Source: Pristiophorus japonicus (Eukaryota). From it: a stretch of 64,000 nucleotides of DNA. Of this stretch, positions 40,910-53,684 are shown in pieces. A program made the position numbers and the translations under genes. A model generated the notes under the pieces. The model was given only the letters and a program-made list of their open reading frames with translations, had not been told where the DNA came from and did no database searches. The stretch covers positions 117,676,001-117,740,000 of the forward strand of contig NC_091984.1 of NCBI RefSeq assembly GCF_044704955.1. Direction: 5' to 3'. Every line of letters begins with the position of its first letter. Positions within the stretch are counted from its first letter, which is position 1.

Positions 40910-43138
40910 TCAGTCTTCCTTTTTCTGTTCCTCTGATTCCTTCGTCCCTTCCTCCTGGTCGGGTGCCCGTTTGCAATGGGATGCGTGGATCCATGTTGGT
41001 CTTTCCTTTACCTTGATTGCAGTATTGGTCGCCAGCAGGACCTGGTATGGTCCTTCGAATCTTGGCTGTAGACTGCTTTTCCTTTTAAAAATCTTGATGT
41101 AAACGAATTCCCCTGGCTCCAGGTTATGACACTTCCCTTCCGCTGGCTTGACTTGGGCTTCCTTTACCTGTGAATGAAAGCTGGAAATACATTTGGTTAG
41201 TGCAATACAATAATTCAACATATTTTCCTCCATTTTGTGGATGTCCATCTGTTTTGCAGTAAATGGTGCTGTAAAGGGTAGTCATTGGGGACGTCCCATA
41301 ACTATCTCATGTGGTGACAGACCTGTTGTTCTGTTGGTTGCAGATCGCATTACCATCAAAGCTAAGGGCAGCAGTTCTGTCCATTTCAGTCCAGTGTCAT
41401 TGCATAGTTTTGCCAGCTTATTTTTAAGCATTCCATTATATCTTTCAACAAGTCCAGCTGATTGTGGATGATAACTGCAATGAAAACGTTGATTAATCTG
41501 TAAAGCTTTACACATTTCTCTTATGACAGTTCCCGTGAAATGTGACCCGTTATCACTGGAAAGCTTAGCAGGGATTCCGAAGCGCGGTACAATTTCTTTT
41601 AGCAAACATTTAGCAACAGTAGTGGCATCGGCCTTTTTACATGGAAAGGCTTCAATCCATCTAGAGAACACATCTACAATAACTAATACATACTTGAATC
41701 CCATACACATAGGTAATTCAATAAAATCCATTTGTAAATGTACAAAAGGCCCGACTGGATTTGGGTGGGAGGCAGATTCTACTTTTTCCGTCTTACCCGG
41801 ATTCATTGTCTGACAGGTAACACAATTTTCACAGATTTGTTTTGCAATTGCCGAAATACCTGGTGCATACCAAGTTGCCAAAATATAATCTGCCAATCCC
41901 CCTTTGCCTGCATGTGTGAATGTATGAACACATCGGGCAATCCATGGAAGTAAGGATCTAGGGGCCACCACGCGGCCGTCATGGTGAACCCATATTCCTT
42001 CTGGATTTTTATAACATTGATCCTTCGTCCAGGTCACCATCTCCTCCGTGCTGGCCTATGTCTGAAAGGCCAGCACGTCATTAATAGTGGGTGGCGGGTC
42101 TGAGCAATTATTTTTCCTTAGTGGGAACAATGACACCTGCATCCCCCCTTTCGACAGAGCTGCTGACTTAGCTGCATTATCAGCTCTGGCATTCCCAAGT
42201 GCCACCTCATTCGACTGGCCTGTATGTGCTTGGCATTTGATAATGGCAAGTTTCAAAGGGCATTGAATGGCTCGCAGGAGATTTTCCACTTGTTCTGCAT
42301 TTTTGATAGGGGTTCCTGAAGAAGTCAGGTACCCGCGAATCTTCCAAATTTGTCCATAGTCATGTGATACCCCAAAAGCATACCTGGAGTCAGTGTAGAT
42401 ATTAACTGTGTGTCCTTCAGCCAGAATACAGGCTCGAGTTAACGCAAACAATTCGGCTTGTTGGGCTGAAAAGGAGTCTGGAAGAGAGGCTGTTTCGACA
42501 ACATTAAACTGAGTTACAATTGCATAAGCCGCTCTAGGTTGGCCCCTATCATTTCGTAAGGCTGATCCGTCAACATAGTACACTAGATCAGGATTACACA
42601 TTGGTACATCTGTTAGATTGATACGTGGTTTAGTCACTGATTCGGTTACCATTTCACATGAATGGGGTTCGCCGTCGTCTTCCGTGGGGAGTAGAGTGGC
42701 TGGATTTAAGGTAGTACATCTTTTGATGACAAGGTTCGGATTTGATAACAGTTCGACCTCGTATTTAGTGGTTCTTGCGGAGGTTAGGTGTTGGGTGGCA
42801 CATTTAGTAAGTAAAATCTCGACAGAGTGTGGGATATACAAAATGGTCTGATGATTTAGAGTTATTGGCTGAGCCTGTTGCATAGCATAATAAGCTGCTG
42901 CCAACGAAGGAAGACATCCTGGTAGTCCGCGTGCCACTGGGTCTAGTTGGGTACTGAAATACGCTACCGGTCGCTGCCTGTCCCCATGTAACTGAGTCAA
43001 AACAGATTGTGCAAAACCCGACTTGTGATGCACAAATAAGTTGAATAGCTTAGTGTAATCTGGTAATCCCAAGGCGGGTGCTGAAGTGAGGGATTGTTTA
43101 AGGTTCTGGAAAGCATTCCGGGATACTTCATTCCACAT
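40910..43138 (-). pseudogene. ERV pol remnant: tether, RNase H (YVDGS, AQQAEL, YTDSRY), integrase (HHCC, LQMDF, SSDNG, GPY)
   Basis: Three ORFs in one frame separated by two point stops; no PR or RT palm motif seen upstream. Confidence 0.9.
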
Positions 43139-46100
43139 CCTTGAAGCATTGTGAGAATATTTGTGTGGGCTTCTGAACTGGACGAATCTGTGTGTTACAC
43201 GGACTTCTCATTTATGCTTATGGTGATTCACAGATCACAGAATGTAAAGTACTTGTTTTCTAATTTTATTAAAAGGCTTCCAAACCCAAGATTTTTCCAA
43301 TACACCCAAAATGTTGATCAAGAGATCACCTGAAATATCTCAAAATCCCAATTCAACTATTGTACTGCCACTCTTTATCAAAAAAAATCCTCTTACTGAG
43401 CTAGAAGCTTTTGTACCAAGAATTTACGCCAAGGACAATGAGAGTGTACTCCCCCAGCCTGCACCTCGAGAGACCCACAAAGGCTTTTTTAAAAAAAAGG
43501 CATTACAACTTTTAACCACCGGGACCATGTCTCAACAAACCTATCCTTTGTGCATTTCCTAGCTCCGTAACCTCTCATCCGAATAAATCCACGCTTCTAA
43601 CTTAAAATGTCTTAAACTTCCCACATACAGGACAACACTATGAAGGGTTAAAAAAACTTCACTTTGTTTGAAAAAGTGGGTGGAGCTAAAACAAACAGGC
43701 GGTTCCACAACCTTTCCAAACAGGCTTCCAGACACAAGGAAAAAAGACAGAAGCACTCTCATTCAAAGACAAGACATTCACGCACTCTCATTGAAAGACA
43801 AGACATTCACAAGTCTCTCTCCATTCAATAAAGCTTTTTCTTTTGCTAGCTTCATTTTTTTTTTTAATCCATAAGTCACTATCAGGTTCTCTTTTTTTTT
43901 TACATTTGATTTACTTCCTCTGTTAATTTTACATGGACTTGAAGAATCGGAACCCAGGCCTTTTCTATTACTTTCCTTTTTTTTTTCTACCTGGATCTCT
44001 GTTTATAAGACACTCCTGGAGACAAGTTGTTCTCTCTAAATTAAATGAACCATCGGGTGGAAATGGCCTGTTTTCACCCTTAGTCCACTTTACCGTTTTT
44101 GTTTCTTTGGTCAATTGAAGACTGACCACAATTCTGGAGCATGACATAGGCTGGTGTGCCTTTTGTGGTGTTTTAACTTGCTCCGGCACCCATTCTGGAT
44201 GATTAAGATTTTCCCACAGTTTCTGATCTCACAATCCTTTCGGCCAACCGAGTTCTCTACGCCCACTTCTCCTGGCCGTTACGTGGCCTGAAAAGGCTCT
44301 TAATTCGGGCTCAGTCTGGGTGTGTGAGAGATGTTGGCACGAACCAATCGTAGTTGATCAATCAGTTACTGTTTCTTTTCCTAATCAATCCTTGTGTTTT
44401 TTTTTTTCGAATCACAACTTTCCCGAGTGACTCTTCCCGTTTCTCTAATGGCAATGACTCATAAAGGTATTGCACACGACAGTAATACAAGGACAACAAA
44501 CAATATTCCCGTGAGTACACAAATCATAACCTCTAAACAAATTCTCAGTCTGCGTTGTACGCCACTACAGACCGAGTCCTTAACTTATCCTAATAACAGC
44601 TGATAAAACTTAAGGTTCCGTACCCAAACTCTTTGATCGATTGCGCTCTTTTTTTTTAATAGTCTTATCACATAAGAACCCCTTCCGAATTAAAAACAAT
44701 AAAAATCTTATCACATAAGAACCTTCGATCGATTAGCGCTTTCTTTTTTCTTTTTTTTTTTAATAGTCTTATCACATAAGAACCCCTTCCGAATTAAAAA
44801 CAATAAAAATCTTATCACATAAGAACCTGGAACTCTTTTCGATCGACTAGCGCTCCCTTACCTACTGAAACCTTCCCCGGGCTGTCTCGAGATTTTTTCC
44901 AGAACCTGTTCTCTTCTGCTGGCGAGCTGAGAAAGAAATGGTTATAAAAAAAATACCTTTAACTTTTAAATGCCGAGTCTTGTAGATGCAGTACCTCAGC
45001 TGTGGACAACAGATTACATCTGCGATTCAACAGTGAAGAAACCTCTTGTGAGCAAAGGCTCACCTTGTTTGGCCACCGAAGCCTTTCACTGGAGAGGCAC
45101 TATGCCTGTATCCGTTTTACTCACAGAACAGAGAGTATGCATCTCGGTGGAACCTCCAATAACTGTCCATATAACTCCAATAACCCCCCATGGGGGGTTA
45201 CTTGTCTCAGCATGACTTGTCTCCTAGCTGTCTGATAACCATCAGCCATCTAACAGCAGGTTTAGCTGTTTATGCAAGCTGGCTGCTAAAATGCAGAAAG
45301 TTCTGGAAGGGCCAGGACTCCATTTTAATCAAAAGGCACACAAATACCGTATGGTATCAGCTTAGATAAAAATATTTTTCCACACCTCCTTCTTACTAGA
45401 TACTCAGTCCCCTAGTACTTCCAGAAGGTTATTTGTGTCTTCCTTCATGAAGACAGAACCAAAGTATTTGTTCAATTGTTCTGCCATTTCTTTGTTCCCC
45501 ATTATAAACTCACCTGAATCCAACTGCAAGGGACCTACGTTTGTCTTCACTAATCTTTTTCTCTTCACATATCTACAGTCAGTTTTTATGTTCCCGGCAA
45601 GCTTCTTCTCGTACTCTATTTTCCCCTTCTTAATTAAACCCTTTGTTCTCCTCTGCTTAATTCTAAATTTCTCCCAGTCCTCAGGTTTGTTGCTTTTTCT
45701 GGACAATTTATATGCCACTTCCTTGGATTTAACATTATCCTTAATTTTCCTTGTTAACCATGGTTGAGCCACCTTCCCGGTTTTATTTTTACTCCAGACA
45801 GTGATGTACAATTGCTGAAGTTCATCCATGTGATCTTTAAATGTTTGCCATTGCCTATCCACCGTCAACACTTTAAGTATCATTTGCCAGTCTATTCTGG
45901 GCAATTTACGCCTCAAACCATCAAAGTTACCTTTCCTTAAGTTCAGGACCCTAGCTTCTGAATTAACTATGTCACTCTCCATCTTAATAAAGAATTTTAC
46001 CATGTTATGGTCACTCTTCCCCAAGGGGCCTCGCACAACAAGATTGCTAATTAGTCCTTTCTCATTACACATCAATCAGTCTAGGATGGCCAGCTCCCTA

Positions 46101-48644
46101 GTTGGTTCCTCGACATATTGGTCTAGAAAACCATCCCTAATATACTCCAGGAAATCCTCCTCCACCGCATTGCTACCAGTTTGGTTAGCCCAATCAATAT
46201 GTAGATTAAAGTCACCCATGATAACTGCTGTACCTTTATTGTATGCATCCCTAATTTCTTGTTTGATGCTGTCCCCAACCTCACTACTACTGTTTGGTGG
46301 TCTGTACACAATGCCCACTAGCGTTTTCTGCCACTTGGTATTCCGTAGCTCCACCCATACACATTCCACATCATCCAGGCTAATGTCCTTTCTTACGATT
46401 GCATTAATTTCCTCTTTAACCAGCAATGCCACCCCGCCTCCTATTCCTTCTTGTCTATCCTTCCTAAATGTTGAATACCCCTGGATGTTGAGTTCCCAGC
46501 CTTGGTCACCCTGGAGCCATATCTCCGTGTTACCAATTACATCACACCCGTTAATTGCGATCTGTGCCGTTAATTTGTCCTCCTTTTTCCGAATACTCCT
46601 CGCATTGAGGCACAGAGCCTTCAGGCTTATCTTTCTACCACACTTTGCCCCTTTAGAATTTTGCTGTAATGTGGACCTTTTTGCTTTTTGTCTTAGGTTT
46701 CTCTGCCCTCCACTTTTACTTTTGTTCTTTCTATCTTTTGCTTCTGCCCCCATTCTACTTCCCTCTGTCTCCCTGCATAGGTTCCCATCCCCCTGCCATA
46801 TTAGTTTAACTCCTCCCCAACAGCACGAGCAAACACTCCCCCTGGGACATTGGTTCCGGTCCTGCCCAGGTGCAGACCATCCGGTTTGTACTGGTCGCAC
46901 CTCCCCCAGAACCGGTTCCAATATCCCAGGAATTTGAATCCCTCCCTTGTGCACCACTCCTCAAGCCACATATTCATCTGAGCTATTCTATGATTTCTAC
47001 TCGGACTAGCACATGGCACTTGCAGCAATCCTGAGATTACTACTTTTGAGGTCATACTTTTTAATTTAGCTCCTAGCTCCCTAAATTCGACTTATAGGAC
47101 CTCATCCCATTTTTTACCTATATCGTTGGTACCTATATGCACCATGACAACTGGCTGTTCACCCTCCCTGTGATCCTCATCCTTCCATTTAAAAATGGTG
47201 CCAATAATGACTGCCGCAACCTGGGACCGCCTGTTTTTTCCAGGCGTTTCCTGGTGCGTGCGTTAAATGAGGTGTTGAGGCCGCATGTTCCATCCGGGGC
47301 ACGAGCGCAGCACTGCATGACGATTGACGTCATCACACTAAAAACGGAGGGTGGAGCGGTAAGTTTTTGCGCTGGTGCAAACCAATAGCCGAATCTTCCG
47401 CCCGTGTGGTAAATCCTGGACAACCGGCATAACGCCCAAAAATAGCATTTAACCGCTGGGGCGCTAATTGAGGTGCAAATGAGTCGAAAATCCAGCCTAG
47501 AGTATCTCCAGTATTGGTTTCTATTCCCGGCCTTGCGCCATTACCTCCAGATCCCCCAAGGATCTATCTTTGACCCCCTCCTCTTCCTCATCTATAGGCT
47601 TCCCTTTGGCAAAATTATCCACGGTCATGGGGTCAACTTCCACATTTATGCTAATCACAACCAGTTCTTCCTTTCTAACACCTCTCTCGACCCCTCTATT
47701 GCCTCTGTGTTGGCAGACTGCTACATCAGTCTTGGATGAACCGTAATTTCCTGTAATTATCCGTAATAGTATTAAGACCAAAACCATTGCCTTCTGCCCC
47801 TGCCACAAACTCAGTACCCTTGCCACTGATTCTAACCCCGGCCTGGCCACTATCTTAAGCCAGACTGTTTAAAACCTTAGTGTCCTAATCAATCCTGAGC
47901 TGAATGTCCAACCAGATATCCCTATCATTTGGGGAGGGCAAAGGAATACATAATAAGAAGTAGGATACTGAAAAGTGTCGAGGAACAGAGGGTTCTTGGA
48001 GTGCATGTCCTCCACAGATCCCTGAAGGTAGCAGGACAAGTAGATAAGGTGGTTAAGAAGTCACATGAGATATTTTCCTTTATTGGCCGAGGCATAGAGT
48101 ATAAAAGCAGGGAGGTTACACTAGAACTGTATAAAACATTAGTTAAGCCACAGCTAGAGTACTGCGAACAGTTCTGGTCACCACAAAACAGGAAATATGT
48201 GATTGTACTAGAGAGGGTGCAGAAGAGATTTCTCTTCTCTTACGCAGTCCCTCAGAGTTAAAGATGACTTTCTTCCACACTAAAATGAGTTCTCAGGTAA
48301 CTGAAGAGTCCGATGCAGGACCTACAGTCTCTGTCACAGGTGTGGCAGACAATGATTGAAGGGACGGGTGGGTGGGGTGCATGGGTTGTCGTGCACTCCT
48401 TCTGCTCATTGCGCATGGCTTTCGCTTGCTCCCGGCAAAGAGACTCGAAGTGTTTGGCGCCTTCACGGATGCTGTTCCTCTACTTTGAGCGGTCTTGGGC
48501 CAGGTATTCCCAGGTGTCGGTGGGGATGTTGCACTTTTTCAAGAAGGCTTTGAGGATGTCCTTGAAGCGTTTCCTCTGCCCACCTGGGGCTCCTTGCAGT
48601 GTCGGAGCTCTGATTAGAGCACTTGTTTTGGGAGTCTCGTATCA

Positions 48645-50016
48645 TAGAAACATAGAAACATAGAAAATAGGTGCAGGAGTAGGCCATTCGGCCTTTCGAG
48701 CCTGCACCACCATTCAATAAGATCATGGCTGATCATTCACATCAGTACCCCTTTCCTGCTTTCTCTCCATACCCCTTGTTCCCTTTAGCCACAAGGGCCA
48801 TATCTAACTCCCTCTTGAATATATCCAATAAACTGGCATCAACAACTCTCTGCAGCAGGGAATTCAACAGGTTAGCAACGCTCTGACTGAAGAAGTTTCT
48901 CCTCATCTCAGTCCTAAATGGCCTACCCCTTATCCTAAGACTGTGTTCCCTGGTTCTGGACTTCCCCAACATCGGGAACATTCTTCCCGCATCTAACTTG
49001 TCCAGTCCCGTCAGAATCTTCTATGTTTCTATGAGATCCCCTCTCATCCTTCCAAACTCCAGTGTATAAAGGCCCAGTTGATCCATTCTCTCCTCATATG
49101 TCAGTCCAGCCATCCCTGGAATCAGTCTGGTGAACCTTCGCTGCACTCCCTCAATAGCAAGAACATCCTTCCTCAGATTAGGAGACCAAAACTGAACACA
49201 ATATTCCAGGTGAGGTCTCACCAAGGCCCTGCACAACTGCAGTAAGACCTCCCTGCTCTATACTCAAATCCCCTTAGCTATGAAGGCCAACATACCATTT
49301 GCCTTCTTCACTGCCTGCTGTACCTGTATGCCAACTTTCAATGACTGATGAACCATGACACCCAAGTCTTGTTGCACCTCCCCGTTTCCTAATCTGCCAG
49401 CATTCAGATAATATTCTGCCTTTGTCTTTTTGTCCCCAAAATGGATAACCTCACATTTATCCACATTATACTGCATCTGCCATGCATTTGCCCACTCACC
49501 TAACCTGTCCAAGTCACCCTGCAGCCTCTTTAGCATCCTCCTCACAGCTCACACCGCCACCCAGTTTAGTGTCATCTGCAAACTTGGAGATATTACACTC
49601 AATTCCTTCATCTAAATCGTTAATGTATATTGCAAAGAGCTGGGGTCCCAGCACTGAGCCCTGCGGCACCCCACTAGTTACTGCCTGCCATTCTGAAAAG
49701 GACCCGTTTATCCCGACTCTCTGCCTCCTATCTACCAACCAGTTCTCTATCCACGTCAGCACATTACCCCCAATAAATTGTGCTTTGATTTTGCACACCA
49801 ATCTCTTGTGTGGGACCTTGTCAAAAGCCTTTTGAAAGTCCAAATACACCACATCCACTGGTTCTCCCTTGTCCATCCTGCTAGTTACATCCTCAAAAAA
49901 TTCCAGGAGATTCGTCAAACATGATTTTCCTTTCACAAATCCATGCTGACTTGGACCGATCCTGTCACTGCTTTCCAAATGCACTGCTATTTTATCCTTA
50001 ATGATTGATTCCAACA
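48645..50016 (-). mobile_element. 5'-truncated CR1 LINE inside the RTE
   Basis: RT motifs and (CATAGAAA)n tail; TATCA duplicated at 48640-48644 and 50017-50021. Confidence 0.93.
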
Positions 50017-50165
50017 TATCAGGCATGCGGACGATGTGGCCCATCCATCGGAGCTGATTGAGTGTGGTCAATGCTTCGATGCTAGGGATGTTGGCCTGAT
50101 CGAGAAGACTGACGTTAGTGTGCCTTACCTGCTAATGGATTTGCAGGATCTTGCGGAGGCATCGT

Positions 50166-50576
50166 CAGTGAGAACACCACCGCAGGTCGGGGCTATAAAT
50201 AGAGCTGGAGCGCCGGGCCCTGGAACATCGTGGCGGAGGTGCAGCGAATGAGGGTACGGGACCCAGAATAGCCAAGGGCCCAGGGGCAGCACGGGCCAGC
50301 CCACACTGTGATATGTGTGCGCACTAGGTCCGTGCAGCAGATCAGGTCTTCAGTCGTCCCGGTTCATCTTTGCCACTGGATAAAGGCCTAGCTCTGTCAA
50401 GCCTTTGTGGTGGCTGATGTGCAACAGTCACCACATGTTAAAAAAATTCACGCACAGGCATCTTCCACATCCTCAACTAGAGTTCAGGACTGGAACATCG
50501 GGTCCTTCATTGAAACATCTGTGAACTCATGTGGAAGCAAGTCATCCTTGTTCAAGGGACCGCCTATGATGATGAC
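50166..50576 (+). mobile_element. Non-autonomous bipartite RTE derivative (SINE-like)
   Basis: Matches the RTE 5' UTR and ORF start (reverse of 53350-53660) fused to the RTE 3' tail CGCCTATGATGATGA. Confidence 0.7.
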
Positions 50577-50652
50577 TTCTCCAGTACTCTGAGGTGCCTG
50601 CTGTACATAGTCCATGTCTCTGAAGCATATAGGAGGGCGGGTATCACTCACT

Positions 50653-50958
50653 CATCATCATCATCATCATAGGCAGTCCCTCGAAATTGAGGAAGACTTG
50701 TTTCCACTCTAAAAGTGAGTTCTCAGGTGGCTGTACAGTCCAATGCGGGAATTAATCTCTGTAATAGGTGGGGCAGACAGTCATTGGAGGAAAGGGAGGG
50801 TGGGGAGTCTCGTTTGCTGCATGCTCCTTCCTTTGTCTGCGCTTGGTTTCCTGATGCTCTCGGCGATGAAACCAGTGGTGCTCAGCGCCCTCCTGGATGC
50901 TCTTCCTCCACTTTGGGTGGTCTCTGGCCAGGGATTCCCAGGTGCTGGTGGGGATCTG
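50653..50958 (-). mobile_element. Short RTE 3'-end copy inserted in the RTE
   Basis: (TCA)n tail at 50653-50670; similar to 48245-48520. Confidence 0.7.
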
Positions 50959-53684
50959 TCATCGACGTCTGCCCTTGTTGACAGTAGGCTCCCGAGGTAT
51001 GGAAAATGGTCCATGTTGTCCAAGGTCTTGTCATGGATTTTGATAATCGGGGGGCAGTACTGTGTGCTGGGGGTAGGTTGGTAGAGGATCTTTGTCTTAT
51101 GGATGTTTAGTGTAAAGCCCATGCTCTCGTACACTTCGGTGAAGGTGTTGATGATAATTTGGAGTTCGGCCTCCGAGTGTGCGCAGACACAGGTGTCGTC
51201 TGCATACTGTAATTCAATGCCAGAGGGTGGGACGACCTTGGATCTGGACTGGAGGTGACAGAGGTTGAAGAGTTTCCCGTTTGTTCTGTAGATTAGCTCC
51301 ACTCCAGCGGGGTGCTCACTGAGGGTGAGATGGAGCATTGCAGCAAGGAAGATCGAGAAGAGCGTTAATGCGATGACACAGCCTTGCTTGACCCCGGTCC
51401 GTACATGAATTGGGTCTGTGGTGGATCCGTTGGTCAGGTTTACATGTCATCGTGAAGCAGGCGGAGGATGGTGACAAACATTTGCGGGCAATTGAATTTG
51501 AGGACACTCCATAATCCATCACGGTTGACAGTGTTGAAGGTCTTTGTGAGGTCAAAGGCCATTTACAGAAGTTGGTGCTGCTCCCTACATTTCTCTTGAA
51601 TTTGATGCGCAGTGATGATCATGTTCACTGTGCCCCTAAGTGGGCGGAATCCGCATTGCGACTCTGGGAGGAGCTCTTCAGCCACTGGGAGACGGTGATT
51701 GAGGAGGGTTCTTGTGGCAGACAGCAGAGAGACTCCTCCGTCATTACCGCAATCGGACTTGTCACCTTTCTTGAAGATGGTCACGATTGCGGTGTCTCTG
51801 AGATCTCCTGGCATGTTCTCCCCTTCCAAATAAGAGAAATGAGTTCATGGATTCATGCCAGTAGTGCTTCTCCGCCATGCTTTAGTGCTTCGGCAGGGAT
51901 TCCAGCTGCTCCTGAGGTCTTGTTGTTCTTTCAACCTCATGCTGGACTGGGGTTGTGCTGAGGTGATGGCGAGTAGCATGCTGCGGGATGGAGTCGAGGA
52001 CATTCACGTCGAAGACAGAGTCTCGGTTAAGAAGATCTTCGAAGTGTTTCTTCCAGCGGGCCCTAACTGCCTCACTGTCCTTGGTGAGCACCTCTCTGCT
52101 CTTGGCCCTCAGTGGGGTAGGACCTTGGGTGCTTGGGCCGTAGGTAGCCTTGACTGTGCTAAAGAATCCACACACGTCATGGTTGTCGGCTATTTGCTGG
52201 ATCTCCTCTGCTTTCTCCACCCACCATCTATTCTTTTGGTCGTGAGTTTTTTATTGGACTTCGGCCTTCAGACAGCTATAGAGCTGCTTTCTTGCTCTCG
52301 AGTTGTGTTGCTGTTCCCAGTTCAAGAATGCCTTGTGCTTACGACTTATTAGCTCCTGGATCTCCTGGTCATTCTTGTCGTGCCAGTCTTGGTGTTTCCT
52401 GGTCGGGTGACCGAGCGTCACTTCACAGGTGCTAATTATGGAGGCCTTGAAGGCAGACCAGGCACTGTGGACACTCTTCATCTTTGGATCACTGGGAGTC
52501 ATCAGGTTGGTTGTGAGGCACTGGCTGAATAGGGCTTTCTTAGCAGGGTCTTTAAGTGATCCAGTGTTGATTTTCCTGCAGAATTGTTTCTGTTGCCGCT
52601 GCTGTTTTGGGACTACATTGATGGAGATGACAGAATGGATTAGGCGGTGGTCCGTTCAACAGTTGTCCACTCCTGTCATGTGCATGTCCTTGCGGTCCCT
52701 CGCTCGGACAATGACGTAGTCTAGCAGATGCCAGTGCTTGGAGCAAAAGTGTTGCCATGAGGCCTTGTATTTGTCTTTCTGATGGAACAAGGTGTTGGTT
52801 ATGACAAGATCATGTTGTAAGCATTTCATCAGGAGGAGGGTACCGTCGGGGTTGGCTTTCCCTACCCCCTCTCTGCCGATCACACCTCCCCTGAGGTCTG
52901 TGTCCTTTCCAACTCTGGCGTTAAAGTCACCAAGAAGAATCAGCTTGTCGCCCGGTGGGGCTCGGGTCAGGGATTGATCAAGGCTGGAGTAGAATTCCTC
53001 TTTGGTCTCATCTGTAGCTTCCAGTGTTAGGGCGAACGCACTGCTGACTGTAGCGCACTAGTTCTGGGCTAGGGTGAGCCGAAGGGTCATGAGGAGTTTG
53101 TTTATCCCACAAGGGAGTCTCTGAGACGGCCAACTAGTTCATTTTTTATGGCGAAGCCCACCCCATGGAAGTGGCGTTCTTCTTCTGGTTTACTTTTCCA
53201 GAAGAAGGTGTAACCATCACCTTGTTCCTTGAGCTGGCCTTCCCCTGCCCTCTGAGTCTCGCTTAGAGTGGCGATGTCTACATCGTAACGTCTGAGTTCC
53301 TGGGCAATGATAGCGGTGTGGCCTTCCGGTCTGTTGCTGTTGGGGTTGTCCATGAGGGTCCTGACGTTCCAGGTCCCGAACTTCATTTTAAAGGATGGAA
53401 AAAGTCTATGCGGGAATTTTTTTAACGTGGGGTGGACGTTGCACACCAGCCACCACACGGGTTCAGCAAAGCAAAATCTTGGTCCAGTGGCAAGGGGATC
53501 CAAGATGTCTGGAAACCAGGCTCCACTGCATGGGCCTCGTTCATACACACACACATACTCCCACTGCCCTCCTTCCCACAGGTCCTCTCTCTCTGGGACT
53601 TATAGGACCTCGCTGTTGGCCCGTACTGTTCCTTCCCTGGGCCCCGACCCCACTGCTGGTCCATGCTGCGACACTCCTGGGCCC

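Larger units (their letters stand above)
38976..45384 (-). mobile_element. Endogenous retrovirus, class I (gamma/epsilon-like), internally deleted
   Basis: 4-bp TSD CCTC; 3' LTR 38976-39653 with TATA and ATTAAA on minus; PPT AAAATGGGGGAA; 5' LTR reduced to 45188-45384; gag MA remnant FPPDGSF at about 44050. Confidence 0.93.
37337..47170 (-). mobile_element. Long CR1 LINE (ORF1 esterase end, APE endonuclease, RT), split by the ERV
   Basis: SGNH-like [37 protein letters not shown]; tail (CATAGAAA)n at 37337; halves join at the CCTC TSD. Confidence 0.95.
35933..47498 (-). mobile_element. Deleted PIF/Harbinger transposon hosting a MITE, a CR1 and an ERV
   Basis: Inverted termini GCTGGATTTT / AAAATCCAGC; minus-strand 36965-37225 encodes a HARBI1-like N-terminus (YRHQRSDLQLSEEQCVRWLHF..LTEICHLLQAD); TSD not resolved. 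Confidence 0.7.
35255..47925 (+). mobile_element. L2-clade LINE fragment split by an 11.5-kb nested insertion (pieces 35255-35932 and 47499-47925)
   Basis: Left piece has FESLQSGFRP; right piece continues with PQGSIFDPLLFLIY and FHIYAN. Confidence 0.75.

Noticed and set aside
39684-40994. Co-opted intact env (syncytin-like)
   Set aside because: Frameshifted and missing the TM ectodomain core
45969-46937. 322-aa plus-strand ORF and similar antisense ORFs over CR1 copies
   Set aside because: Antisense shadows of CR1 ORF2 with no independent coding signature
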